From Centroscyllium fabricii (lineage: Eukaryota): a stretch of 64,000 nucleotides of DNA. The position numbers and the translations under genes are program-made. The DNA lies in contig JBNRSN020000019.1 in NCBI GenBank assembly GCA_051313645.2, positions 48,360,001 to 48,424,000 on the forward strand, read 5' to 3'. A model generated the notes under the pieces. It searched no databases and was not told where the DNA came from. It saw only the letters and a program-made list of their open reading frames with translations. Shown here piece after piece: positions 12,501 to 24,400 of this stretch (its first letter is position 1; the number at the start of each line of letters is the position of its first letter).

Positions 12501-13491
12501 GAATCTTCCTCTGGTCTAGGCTCGTCGATGCTAGCACAGGGTCCTCCGAGTTATCTTGATCTGGAGAATAGTCCTCCAAGTCTGCTCCCCAAAATGGCTG
12601 CTGCCGTGTGTTGGGCTGTGGAGGCTGAGTCAAAGATGGCCGCTGTTGCTGCGGCTGCCACGAGGGCTGCTGAGTGGGGGATGGGTGAGTCCAATGTGGC
12701 TGCTCCCCTGTTCCACACGCAGCGCTGCCCAGTTTAGATTTAACGTTAGTGTTTTTACAGACCTTTGAATAATGTCCCTTCTTGTCGCATTTTGAGCAGG
12801 TCGCTTCTCTAGCAGGGCAGCTGCGTCTTGCGTGTTGAGGTTGCCCACAAAAGTAGCATCTAGCTTTAGCGTGGGCAGCTGTGAGTAGTTCTTCTGCCGG
12901 TCATTGCGCCAGCGCTGTCCAAGCTTGCGGGGCTGGGCCCGTATAATTACTTGAATATGACGATAAGTCTGTTGATGCGCTATCCAGCGCGTGTCCCAAG
13001 TCTGTGGTCGCCTGTAAGTCCTGGCCGTTCTGCTCCAGCAGTCTCTGTCTGGCATAGTCCGATTTTAGACCAGTTACATAGGCGTCTCTGATGAGGCTCT
13101 CCATATGAACTTGAGCCGTTTGCGCTCTGCAGTCACAGTCCCGTGCCAGCACTCTGAGGGCTCTTAGGAACTGCACACTCGATTCGTTATTTTGCTGCTT
13201 TCTAGTAGCGAGTATGTGTCTCGCGTGGACTATGTTCGGTGCCCGCTTATATTCCGCCTCGAGGAGCCTGATGGCCTCTTGGAACGATGGGGCATCCACT
13301 GTCATTGAGTACACTTGAGGGCCCACCTGGGCGTTGAAGAGTCGCCGTTTTTGCTCCTCGGTTACTATGACCGCCGCGTTGGCTCTGATGTACCCTTCGA
13401 GCACGTTTCGCCAGTGTGAGAAGGCGTTTGCTGCTCCTGAAGATCGGGGGTCAACTTCGAACACTGCTGGTTTAAGCATTGAGGTATCCAT
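9504..13491 (-). pseudogene. gag-pol polyprotein of element 2 (one in-frame stop at 12901-12903, one frameshift near 11370)
   Basis: Gag starts at ATG 13491. Reading through the TGA gives CYFCGQPQHARRSC and CSKCDKKGHYSKVC zinc knuckles (12757-12858), in frame with protease LFDSGS and RT (YLDN at 11581-11592). RNase H and integrase (HHCC, DDE) lie in 9504-11432. Confidence 0.95.
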
Positions 13492-13510
13492 TTCTAGTAG
13501 TCAATAAAAT

Positions 13511-13771
13511 TGTAACCTTCAATAACGTCCACGGAGTCGTGTAGTAGATTAGAACAATCAGGCTTTTATTGACTACAGTAAGAATGCACACCAGCAAGCT
13601 GACTGTCCCCTAGAATGACATGGGGGATGGGGGCAGTCACTTATATACTCCCTCCAGCGGGGGAGGAGTCGTGGGCGAAGCCAGGTATGTTCCAGGTATC
13701 ACGGTGGAATGCATTACAGGTATGGGTTACATGGTGATTAACTATATACAGTGATATACACGTTTATCACA
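13511..13771 (-). repeat. 5' LTR of element 2 with TATA (13640-13647), Inr-like TCATTC (A at 13616) and AATAAA (13565-13570)
   Basis: Minus strand reads TATATAAG, then TCATTC with the A 31 nt from the first T, then GTAGTCAATAAAA. Confidence 0.9.
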
Positions 13772-14054
13772 TCCATATTATGGGAGGAAATTATGAAGCA
13801 CTTGGAGAAACATGAGTTAATCAAAGCCATTCAGCAAGGATTACTAAAACATTATAGAATTCTTTGAAGAAGTAATAGATGATGGAATTGCATTTTTATA
13901 CAGCATTTGACAAGGTATCTCAATACCATTGTAACATTAGGAACAGGAGTAGACCACTCAGCCCCTTTTGGGCCTGCAACAATATTCAATTAGATCATGG
14001 CTGATCTAGAAACATAGGAATTCAGAAATTGACCACAATAGACTGGGTGGAACT

Positions 14055-14870
14055 ATTGCGGATGCTGGAAATCTGAAATAACAACAGAAAATGCTGGAAA
14101 TACTCAGCATGCCAGGCAGCATCCGTGGAGAGAGAAACGGAGTTACAGACTGAACGGAGGTGTTCCGCAAAGCGGTCGTCCAATCTGCGTTTGATCTCCC
14201 CAATGTAGAGGAGACCGCATCGAGAGCAGCGAATACAGGATATTAAATTGCAAGAAGTACAAGTAAATGGCTGTTTCACCTGGAAGGGGTGTTTGGGGCC
14301 CTGGACAGTGGGAAGGGGGGGAGGTATATGGGCAGGTGTTGCATCTCCTGCGCTTGCACGGGAAGGTGCCAGGTGAAGGGGAAGGGCTGTTAAGGGTGAT
14401 TGAGGAGTGGACCAGGGTGTCGCGGAGGGAGCGGTCCCTTCGGAATGCTGAAAGGGGAGGTGATGGGAAGATGTGTTTGGTGGTGGGATGATGTTGGAGG
14501 TGGGGGAAATGGCGGAGGATGATCTGTTGAATGTGGAGGCTGGTGGGGTGAAAGGGGAACCCTATCGTGGTTCTGGGAGGGAGGGGAAGGGGTGAGACCA
14601 GAAGTAAGGGTGACCCTAAGCTTCAGGTCGCCTGTCACTTTAATTCTCCGCTTCACTCCCACTCTGATCTCTCTGTCCTCGGCCTATTACATTGTTCCAA
14701 TGAAGCTCAACATAAGTTCGAGGAACAGCACCTCATCTTTCAATTAGGCACTTTACAGCCTTCTGGACTCAAGTTGAACAATTTCAGATCATAATCCCTG
14801 CCCCATTTTTCATGCTGTATGACTTTGCCATTCCCATTTGCAACATTTTCACAGCATGTCCTTTCAATTC
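14055..14870. mobile_element. Penelope-like element fragment (GIY-YIG), internally inverted
   Basis: Minus strand 14147-14600 encodes CIRCSRCGLLYIGEIKRRLDDRFAEHLRSV. Plus strand 14605-14794 encodes the continuation VACHFNS...EEQHLIFQLGTLQPSGL. The PLE terminal region lies at 14055-14146 on the minus strand. Confidence 0.85.
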
Positions 14871-15457
14871 CTCCCCCCCCCCCCACCCCCCATCTTTGAA
14901 TAGGAAATTGAATCATTTGAAAAATAGGAATATTAAATGCTATGAGGAGTGAGCTGAAGTAGGATTAGATTATATGGCTCCAGTAGAGAAACATACTAGC
15001 AGAGACTTGAAGGGCCAAATGACCTGTTTGTTTGCTGTAACATTGTGATTCTATACTGAAAATGTCTTTTAAAATCCCATTGATACTCTGACTCTGATTT
15101 TTGAATTTGGTTTTAATTACCAACAATCTCCTTTGCACCTGACTAAAGTCTATTTTTTCAGGAGAAAAAGGGCTCTTCTTTTATCTCTCTCCACCCCTCC
15201 CACCAACTCTTTTTGCAGTGCATGTGAATTATTTTGCTGTGTGCCAGCTCTTTTCACTTCCAACAGAAGCCTCATAGTTTGGTTATCCTTATTGGTACAC
15301 ACCTATCATCAGTGTGGATCTTTCAATAATCTGTGAGTCTAATAACATGCTCAATGTATCAAAATTATCAGAGTTTATCCAACTTATCATCAATATCTGT
15401 AATGGATCATTGTTACTGGGACTCAGGAGATTGTAAACGGGATCCTTTCCTTTGTTG

Positions 15458-15680
15458 AAGAAAGACTCGCATTTATATAGCACCTTCTCATGTCTCTCTG
15501 AAACAGCCCAAAGCACTTCACATAAAATGAGTTGCTTTGAAGTGCAGCCATTGTTGTTGTACTGGCAAATGTGACAGCCACTTTGCACACAGCAGTGTTC
15601 ATCAAAAAAAAACAGGCAAGCTCCCTGCTGTCCTTCAGATAGTGCCATGGGGTCTTCAACATGCATCTTAAATTGGCATG
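15458..15680 (-). mobile_element. Deu-type SINE fragment with L2-like tail
   Basis: GCATTTATATAGCACCTT tail and AGTGCCATGGG core, as in the fuller copy at 44360-44835. Confidence 0.7.
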
Positions 15681-15821
15681 GACCTGTTGCCAAGTGTATA
15701 CTTTGGTGTCAGTGAGTGTGTGACTCAATAGAATGGAGACTAAAGGAAGTATAAGTGTGGTGCAAATCCTGATCTGGAGAGTCTTTCTTTAGTCTCCATC
15801 TAAAGAAAGATTCCCCAGAGA

Positions 15822-16318
15822 ATAGGCAGATTGGGCGACCGCTTTGTGGAACACCTCCGTTCAGTCCGTAAGGGTGACCCTGAGCATCCGGTCGCCTGTC
15901 ACTTTAATTCTCCACTTCGCTCCCACCCTGATCTCTCTGTCCTCGGCCTCTTACACTGTTCCAGTGAAGCTTAATGCAAACTCGAGGAACAGCACCTCAT
16001 TTTTCGATTTGGCACTTTACAGCCATCCGGGCTCAATATCGAGTTCAACAATTTCAGATAATAATCCCTGCCTCCATTTTTCATGCTGTATTATTTTGTC
16101 ATTCCCATTTGCTACATTTCACAGCATGTTCTTTCAATCCTTCCTTCCCTCCAAACCGCTTCCCCTCAACTGTCTCTGCACCTGCTGAATATCTGTTACA
16201 CTTCTAGTTTGTTCCAGTTCAGATGAAGGGTCCAGAACCTGAAACGTTAACTCCGTTTCTCTCTCCATGAATGCGGCCTGGCCTGCTGAGTTTTTCCAGT
16301 ATTTTCTGTTGTTATTAC
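15822..16318 (+). mobile_element. Penelope-like element 3' fragment (GIY-YIG C-terminus plus terminal region)
   Basis: Reads RLGDRFVEHLRSVRKGDPEHPVACHFNS...EEQHLIFRFGTLQPSGLNIEFNNFR. Same family as 14055-14870. Confidence 0.85.
16216..16252 (+). ncRNA. Degenerate minimal hammerhead-ribozyme motif of the Penelope-like element
   Basis: AGTT-CAGATGA-(AGGGTC CAG AACCT)-GAAAC-GTT-AACT. Stem I is AGTT/AACT. The core is CAGAUGA, versus canonical CUGAUGA. Confidence 0.55.
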
Positions 16319-16460
16319 AGCTATGAGCTAACAGTGCAGCCCTTACCTTGCCATGCCTGGTGAGGTCATTGAACATTTTCCAGCCCTGAATCGAGATACT
16401 CTGCATGGTGTTGGTGGTATTGACATTATCTGACCCATCTTTTGGTTAACTCAATGACCA

Positions 16461-17020
16461 GAATCAGAATCAGAATCAGGTTTATTTGTCACATTCCATA
16501 TACACAGTCTGCATAGATGGTAGCGAAATACCGTTTCTCCATAAGATCAAAAATGTAAAGGCAACAACATAAAAGGACACCTTAAAAGACATAAAAACAT
16601 TAAAACATAGAGAGCAGCATTAAAAGTGCTAGTGCTTGATTTAAAGAATGCTGGTGTTGAAGTGCTATGTGTCTCTTATCCCCTGGTATCGGTGAGGGGG
16701 AATGGAGGGCAACGCTGGGAGCGTGTTCAATGTTCTGATAGCTTGGGGGAAGAAGCTGTTACACAGTCTGGTGGATCTTGCCCGGATGCTCCGTAGCCTC
16801 TTGCCCGATGGTAGGGGTGCAAAGAGGTGGTGGGAGGGATGTGAGGGGTCTGCCATTATGTTGGTGGCCTTCCTGATGCAGCGGTCCGGGTAGATGTCAG
16901 CAAGGAGGGGGAGAGAGACACCTATGATCTTTTCTGCTGCTCTCACTATTCTCTGTAGGGACTTACGGTCAGCGGCTGTACAGTTCCCATACCAGAGTGT
17001 GATGCAGTGTGTGAGGATGC
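16461..17020 (-). mobile_element. Rex1/Babar-type LINE 3' fragment
   Basis: ORF 16665-17024 reads SILTHCITLWYGNC...LQRIVRAAEKIIG...DPSHPSHHLF.LPSGKR...SFFPQAIR, the characteristic C-terminus. (ATTCTG)n tail at 16461-16478. Confidence 0.85.
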
Positions 17021-18169
17021 TCACACAACGAGGGCGTTGAGGGACAGAATATCCCTCCTTTGCTGTGTTTGCTGCAACAAGATAATGACTTGCTCACGGG
17101 TATTTCCCAGGGCTGCTAGAACGATAATAGCACCCAAATTTTCTTTAAGCCGCTGCAGGCCTTCAAGAAGAATTGACACCAGTAATGGGTGCGCATTGAA
17201 TAGGAGATGTCCAGCACATCTGGGGCTCATCCATGGCATGCAAATTAGCTGAACTCAAAATGCAGCTGGCTTTAGCAATAAGTAAACTGCCCACTGTCCA
17301 AATTAAGTTGGTTCGATGAACTGAGATGAAAATTGGCCCCATTGTTTAAACAAAGTGAGAATTAACAAGAAAAATGTTGATTTCAAGAAAAAATGCATTT
17401 TAGTTTATGATGCAAATTTATCTGATTTAACCACAGCAATTTCTGGTTTTGTTTTATTGAGGTAAATGAGTCTCTATCTTTTAACTTCATTAGAACAGGG
17501 AAGACTCCTCTTCCCTGGGCATAATGAGCAAGCATTTAATAATGTGCAGATGACTTGTGACAGTCTGCAGTCACCAGTCCTGTGATGCATGGGGAGTGGC
17601 AACCTGAGACGGATAATGCTTAATCCTCCTTAGTTAATGTATCAGCAAATCTTTACCTAGACAAAGCAAACAGTGCTGCTCCTGACAATGGAAAAGCTGC
17701 ACTCCCAGTATAACACTATGACCTCTGGGCCATGGCCTTTGTTCCCAGTATAATGGGAAGTGCCCTCACAACGCTACCACAAAATGGAGCATCAATGTAG
17801 ACACGTGCTGGCAGAGAATGTCCAGACTGTTGCGAGTTCCATTAGCCAATAATATTGTTACACATCATTTCATATCTCAGTGAAGTCTTATGGATACTGT
17901 AAACTGTATCTATTGCTTTGTAGATCCTATAATACATAATGAATGGAGAGCATCCTTTAAAATGTATGTCCTGGTTCTGTATTCAATCCCTTCTTAAGCA
18001 GATATGCTTATTTTATGCTTTAATTTTAACACATATAGATCCACATTATATAAGTGCAGTCTACATTATATTAGGCATAATTGTACATAAAACCTATGAA
18101 ATATATACTACAAATTGTTTGAGGGCTGGTACTATAATATGAAATATGCATATAGCTTACAATTATACA

Positions 18170-19655
18170 GTGTGTGTACTCCTTACAGTGAGATTGCTAA
18201 AATACAGGTTGTAGCAGCACGAGTTGTATGTGCCACATAGAATATGTAAACTATGATATGAAATGTGTCTCTTACAGTATATAGACTATAATCTAAAATT
18301 TATGGCCCTTTGATTTTATATTTATGTACTCTATATCCCTTAAAGTATATAGATTTGTGTCCCTTATAGTACGTAGATTATAGAATGTCCCTTATAGTAC
18401 GTAGATTATAGAATGTCCCTTGCAGAAGATGGATTATTAACTATGTCCCAGATGGTATATGGTTATAATGTGAAATATGTTCATCCTTAGTGTATGGATT
18501 AAGATATAAAATGTCTATATTCTTTACAATATATAGATTATAATGTCAAATGTGAGTGTTCCTTACAGTATATAAATTATGATTATATTCTAGAAATATT
18601 TCCTGTGCAGAATATAGATTATAATATAAAATGTGTCCCTCACGGTAGATAAATTAGAATTTTAATATTAAATGTGTTCTTGGCAGTATATAAAATGTAT
18701 CCCTTCCAGAAGAAAGATGACTAAATAGACTATTTCCCATTCAGTACATGGATTACAATGTGTGCATTATTTACACTATATACATTACAGTGTGTGCATT
18801 CCTTACACTGTATACATTATAGTATAAAATGTCTGTGTTCTTTGCAGTATATAGAGTATAATGTGAATGTTCATTACAGTATATAAATTATGATTACATG
18901 AAATACCTGTTTCTTACCATATACTGTAAATATTGTATTTGTAATATAAAAATGTCCCTTGTGATATATGGATTATAATATAAAATGGTTGTGTCACTTA
19001 CTTTCTATTATAATCTATATACTGTATGTTCTTTACAGAACATATTTTATAATTGTAACATAAAATGTGCTCCTGACAGTATATAGGCTATACTAAAAAT
19101 GTGTCCCTTACAGAACATAGATTGTAATAAAAATTGTGGCCCTTGCAGGAGATAAATTATCCTATAAAATGTGTATCCCTTACAGAGTATAGATTATAAA
19201 ATAAAATGAGTCTTGTGCAGAGCATAGATTATAATGTAAAATGTGCTGCTTACAGTATATAGATTATAAACTAAATTGAGTGCTGCTTGTAGAAAATAGA
19301 TTATATAAAAATGTGTCTTATGCAGTACAGTATATAGATTATAATATGAAATGCATGTCCCTTACAATATCTGGATTGTAATTATAATATAAAATATATC
19401 CCATGTAGATAATATGAAATGTGTTCTTTATAGAGCATAAATTATAATTATAATATAAGTTGTAATCCTTACAGTATATAGATTGAAATACAGAATATTT
19501 CTTCCTTGCAGTACATAGATTATAATATAGAATGTGTCCCTTACAGTATATAGATTGTTATAATAGAGAACATCTGTGTCCCTTACAGTGTATTCATTAT
19601 TATAATATAAACTGTATGTGTTCCTTACAGTATATAGATTATAATATAAAATATG
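18170..19655. repeat. Degenerate AT-rich minisatellite, unit ~35-42 bp (CCTTACAGTATATAGATTATAATATAAAATGTGTGT-like)
   Basis: Recurrent CTTACAGTATATAGATTATAA core. Exact 28-bp doublet at 18361-18416. Confidence 0.85.
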
Positions 19656-21319
19656 TTCATAAGGCACATGTGATTTTCCCTAAATGATATAGAATCAGTA
19701 ATAAGACAGTCACTATTGTAGGGATGAAAGAATACTAAACTGTGGATGATTGTAAGTTGTGAGGCTGTAATTTACTCGAGGTTCAGGTAATGTATTATTT
19801 TATGATCTTAACTCTGAGATTAACATGCAACCTTCCACTTCATTAATTATATTTTGTAATATTTACTACTGTCTCAATAAAATAAAGAGAATATTAATGA
19901 GAATGACTGTTAAACACAACTAAATTGACACTGAGTTCTGCAACAGGTTACTGTAATGTATTCATTACTGAATAATAGTCTTGTGATTTACACAAGTGTA
20001 TATTAAGGAAATTATTTACTAGTTCTAAAGCAGAATTGTGTTGTAATTAAGGGACCAGTATATATCAATACAGTGACAATGTTGCCACCAGATATACTTT
20101 GATCTTGATGTTAATGTGCTCTCTATAAAATCTTACCCAAGCCACTCTGGTGTAATACTGTGTCAATATACTATTTATGTGATACTCTGAATTTATTACC
20201 CTCCCAACACTAATACTTTTCCCAATGTTGTGTAGCTCAAAATTCTCTCTCTGAACACAACCCAAATCTGAAAGGACAAATTCAATAACCGTACCGTTGG
20301 TTGCTTTTCACAGTTCAAGTGGACATTTTATGAAACTTTCACACGCCCACCATGAAGCTTTACAGAAATCTTAGCGACAGCACTGCTGTGCAAAAATGAA
20401 CCGATCTGACATTTAATCCTTTCAGAGGTTTATATTGAAATCTGTAACAAAACAAAAAGTGCTTTGTCCCACTTTTTAAAATATCTGTGATTGTGTTATT
20501 CACTGCCCCCGCACCCACATATCTCCTCCTCCTAACAGATTCTTTTCTTGGATCTTTACTTACATGTTTCATCTGCTTCATGCCATTCTTTCTTCTTAAT
20601 CTGTTCACTGAAACATTTGAAATCAACCTGAAATAGCCAGTAGGAAAGGGATACAATGACTTTGAATCATCCAATCTTAACAGTAGTAATGGTGTCAGGA
20701 ATTAATTTTACTGCACATTATCGGTGAATATCCCAGCTTGTTCAGATTAGATTTCAGCAATACACATGTTCTGAGGTATGGTCTTAATTTTGATCTGTTG
20801 CGGTCATGGGGATAATGAGTTGGTTTAGATGCAGGTGAAATGTTTGCGATCCACCTGCTCACTACATTATGTAGTGATACATTTTTACTTCAGAGAGTTT
20901 GTTGTTGATAATATAATTTAAAAAAAGTAAATATGTTGTTAAAAGGGCAATGTCTTAATGAAAAGATGTCTTGCACAACTTTGTTTGGAGGAGTAGAGCC
21001 AGATTGTTGTGTGTAATTTTTGTCACAATGCCACAGCATAGTGAAGTGATGGCATGTTTCAATATGATTTATTTCACCATATTATGTGTTTGTAAACAAA
21101 CTGAAAAAAGCTTTCCCCCCCACCAAAAAAGCACTTGTTCTCTATCAATTTAGTAAAGTTGGGAATATTCGTAACATTCTCCAAAGTGTAAATGAAAAGG
21201 GAGAAAAACAGAAGGCCAAGATTGCAAACATTTGCAGTAATGGCCCTTCCCTAATGAAATGTGTACACTTCTGTATTTCCTAACATCAGACCATATACTA
21301 TTTCTGTTTACCTCAACCA

Positions 21320-21495
21320 TCATCACCAAAAACAGATTAACTGATTGTTCACCTCATTGCTGTTTATGTGATTTTGCAATGCACAAAATGCCTGCCCTAT
21401 TTGCTTCCAAAACAGTCACTGCAGTTCAAAGTAATTCATTAAATGTAAAGCATTTTGCTGAGAAATGTAACAAGGCACTGTATTATATACGTTTT
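21320..21495 (+). mobile_element. Deu-type SINE 3' remnant
   Basis: Resembles the 3' half of 44360-44835 (CACCTCATTGCTGTTT...GCAGTTCAAAGTAATTCATT). Confidence 0.55.
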
Positions 21496-24400
21496 TTCTT
21501 CTGACATCTCACCGCGCATCAATTGTTTTGCATTACACCTCAGCTGCTCATTTGGTAGCTCGCTCAGTCCGATCCAGAGATGGATTTATTTTTATTTAAT
21601 GATTTCCTATAAATTTGCAGTAGGAATTCGGGACCAAAATTTTACTTGAAACGATCACATTTGCTTTGTTTTTGATTCAGCAATACTCTGAAATAAAGGG
21701 GGTATCATCTTCATTTTAATTTTAAAAGTAAGTTTTTTGGCCTGTCTTTTGTTTTTTCTATTTACTTATACCATCATAATCTTGTTGGAAAATGGCATTG
21801 CTTGTGACAATATTGTGGGCAAAATGGCCTTTGACTTTTCGCAAACAAAACAAAAAGCAAGGTTTGTTATGAAGGCAGTGTCCCCTATATTTCTGTATTG
21901 TTGTCTAACTTACAGTTTATTATTCATGATTGAAAATGTATGACAAGGGAAACAAATGAACTAAAAACACAGTTTTGTCGATTTGTAGGGAAGATGAGGG
22001 AAAATGTGTTTTGAAATCTGAAATGGTCTTTCAGTTTTCAAAGGGTTAACAAACAACCATCATTAAAATCTGAATAAGAGACTATTTACAAAGAAATGTA
22101 TTGGCTTTGAGATTGTATCTGCATTTGTGACTTTGCCACTCGAGCATTAACAAGCCCAAAACTAACCGAGAACTGAAGGCATCTTTTGTAATGCCACATC
22201 TTCCAGGCCAAAAATAATGAAGGTTCGAAAGAAAGAGAAAAATGTTGAACCTAAATTTTGAAGAAATGGAACAGGTGTTTATTAATATATGACTTAAGAG
22301 TTGTATAGCTAGATTTCATTTACAAAAAAGCTAAATATCTGAAGCTGGTTGTAACATTTTGATATAATAAATAATGTAATGTTTTAAAAATTCAGGAAAA
22401 AAATGAAAGAAGTTTTGTGTTTAGTTCTATTTCAACCTGACTAAATGTATTTTGGTGGTAAATTTTCTGTAGACTTGCTGTTTGCAGTAGCCTTTAGCAT
22501 CGTGCTATTAAAAAAACCTTCAAATGTTTCAAAAGGGCATTTTCATACATAAATGTTATCACACACGGACTAGACATGAGTAACATGAGTTACATTTTAC
22601 AGCCACAAATGTTACTTCTTAGAATATTCAGAAGTAAAGATCTGCTGACAAATCCCACTACAATCCAAAAATTAATTTCTGATCCTATTTAAATAATAGC
22701 TACAGGAATAAACACTCCATATTTAAACTGTACCTGACAGTTTAAAATGCAGTTCTCTCTCTTAAAGTGTTGGTCCTTTCTTTCGACAAACTCTTCAGTG
22801 GAAAGTCAGCAGGATGTAAGCCCTGATCTGTACAGTCCATTTATGACTCTGAGATTACCCTGCTCCACAAAAAGGTTTACTCACTTCTAAGCGAGAAAAA
22901 GAAGCTGGAATTACAGTTTGGCTATTCGTTGAGCTGAGAGCATCGTTATCATGGACCTAGAGAAGAAGACCGCATTGACAATTCATCTTATTGAGGCTTG
23001 AGCTACTTTACTTTAGCACCGGACCTTCCATCAGAACCTAAAGGCAATTTGTTGCAGAGTGAACTTGTGTGTGTGCACTTTGGCAAGTTTCTTCATAGAC
23101 TGGGATATAATTTCTGCCCTGAAACGATCTGGTAGCCAGAACGCATTGGTGCACCTAACTTCAGTTGGTTATGTTGTGCTGATACATCAATCAGTGCTAA
23201 CTACAACAGTCATTTACTCACAATACAAAGGTGATGGTTTGAAATACAGGATTTGAACAGATTTTACCATTTCTGACAAAATAAAATTAAGAAAAATTAT
23301 ATTAATTGAAGGATTTACAACTGAATACATTTTTTAAATAAAAGTTCATCTAAAGACCAAGGAGAACTAAAAAAAAATACTTGCACTTACTGTTATTGGA
23401 AACATCCGGGATTCACTCTGCGGTTACACTGTTTACTGGGGTAGCATGTACTTATGAGTAATTCTTTTGTGTGAATCTAGTGACCTCCTTAAGATTCTAT
23501 TCAAATCATATTTTCACAAAAGATAAAATGGAAGTGTGTATAATTTTCTCTGTAGCAATATTGGTCCCAAGAAAACAAGGGTACATGAGCATCTCTCACC
23601 GGTCACAACTTAGAGAAAAATCATGAGATTGGTTAACCCTCAGAGCACTGAAATTGTCCTGGTAAACTTCAAGATCTTTTTGTACTTTCTAATATCTGAG
23701 AACAGGAGATACTTTTATGCTTGTTGCATATTGTGAATTGATTTTAAACAATCCATAAAAAACAGAGCTTTCTACCAAACAGCAACTCTCTACCAAATCA
23801 AAAACGTGGCATTATTTACTTAAAGGGTTAAGTTACTTCCAGTTATTGTTTTTAAAGTGCCCCGTGTGGCTCTGTGCATTATACAAAATCACATTTTCTC
23901 AACTGCCAAATATAGGGGCTCCTATCAGTTTATGCTTTGGGTATAAACGTGGTGTAGAGAAGTCCTAAAGAGATGGCAAAAATGTGTAATTTTCTCAAAT
24001 TGTTCTTATTTGCTAATTGGTGCTGTGTTGGTTGTCATGACCAAATGGTTTCTCAATGTCAATACTTGGAGAGCGAAACGTGTATATACTTGCAGGATTT
24101 GATCTGATCCCCAAAAACTTTTATTAAAGAAATACTTTTTGAGAATCTCACTCGCCCCCTCTGAAAGAAAAGGAAATATATATTTTAAAAGCTTCTCTGC
24201 TGTCAGTCAAATGAAAGGGTGAAGAGATTTTAAAAAATCTATTGGTAATTTTCCATGTGGCTGCTTTCTGCAATCTAGCATTGAGCTTTTTAGAATTATT
24301 TTTTTTTTTAAATCAGAATTAATTTTGTTCATTTTGTAAAAGTGTTTATAAGCGGTTTCATTTGAAGTCCAGTACTGTTATCTGTCAGAAGTGTCTATCG

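Larger units (their letters stand above)
9126..13771 (-). mobile_element. Ty3/Gypsy LTR retrotransposon, element 2 (Mag-like), full length, young
   Basis: 261-bp LTRs at 9126-9386 and 13511-13771 (5 substitutions), TG...CA termini. Perfect 5-bp TSD TCCAT (9121-9125, 13772-13776). PPT AAAGAAGGGGTGAA next to the 3' LTR. Confidence 0.97.

Noticed and set aside
12901-12903. Programmed gag stop-codon readthrough
   Set aside because: The stop lies before the zinc knuckles, so it would give an NC-less Gag. CGA>TGA decay is the simpler explanation.
15733-15799. Pre-miRNA-like hairpin (ATGGAGACTAAAG / CTTTAGTCTCCAT)
   Set aside because: Stem is only 13-17 bp with a large loop. It abuts the 5' junction of the Penelope fragment and resembles its GETK codons, so it is probably a junction scar.
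18170-19655. CRISPR-like or coding repeat (ORF 19428-19667)
   Set aside because: Degenerate AT-rich tandem repeat; the ORF is a by-product of it.
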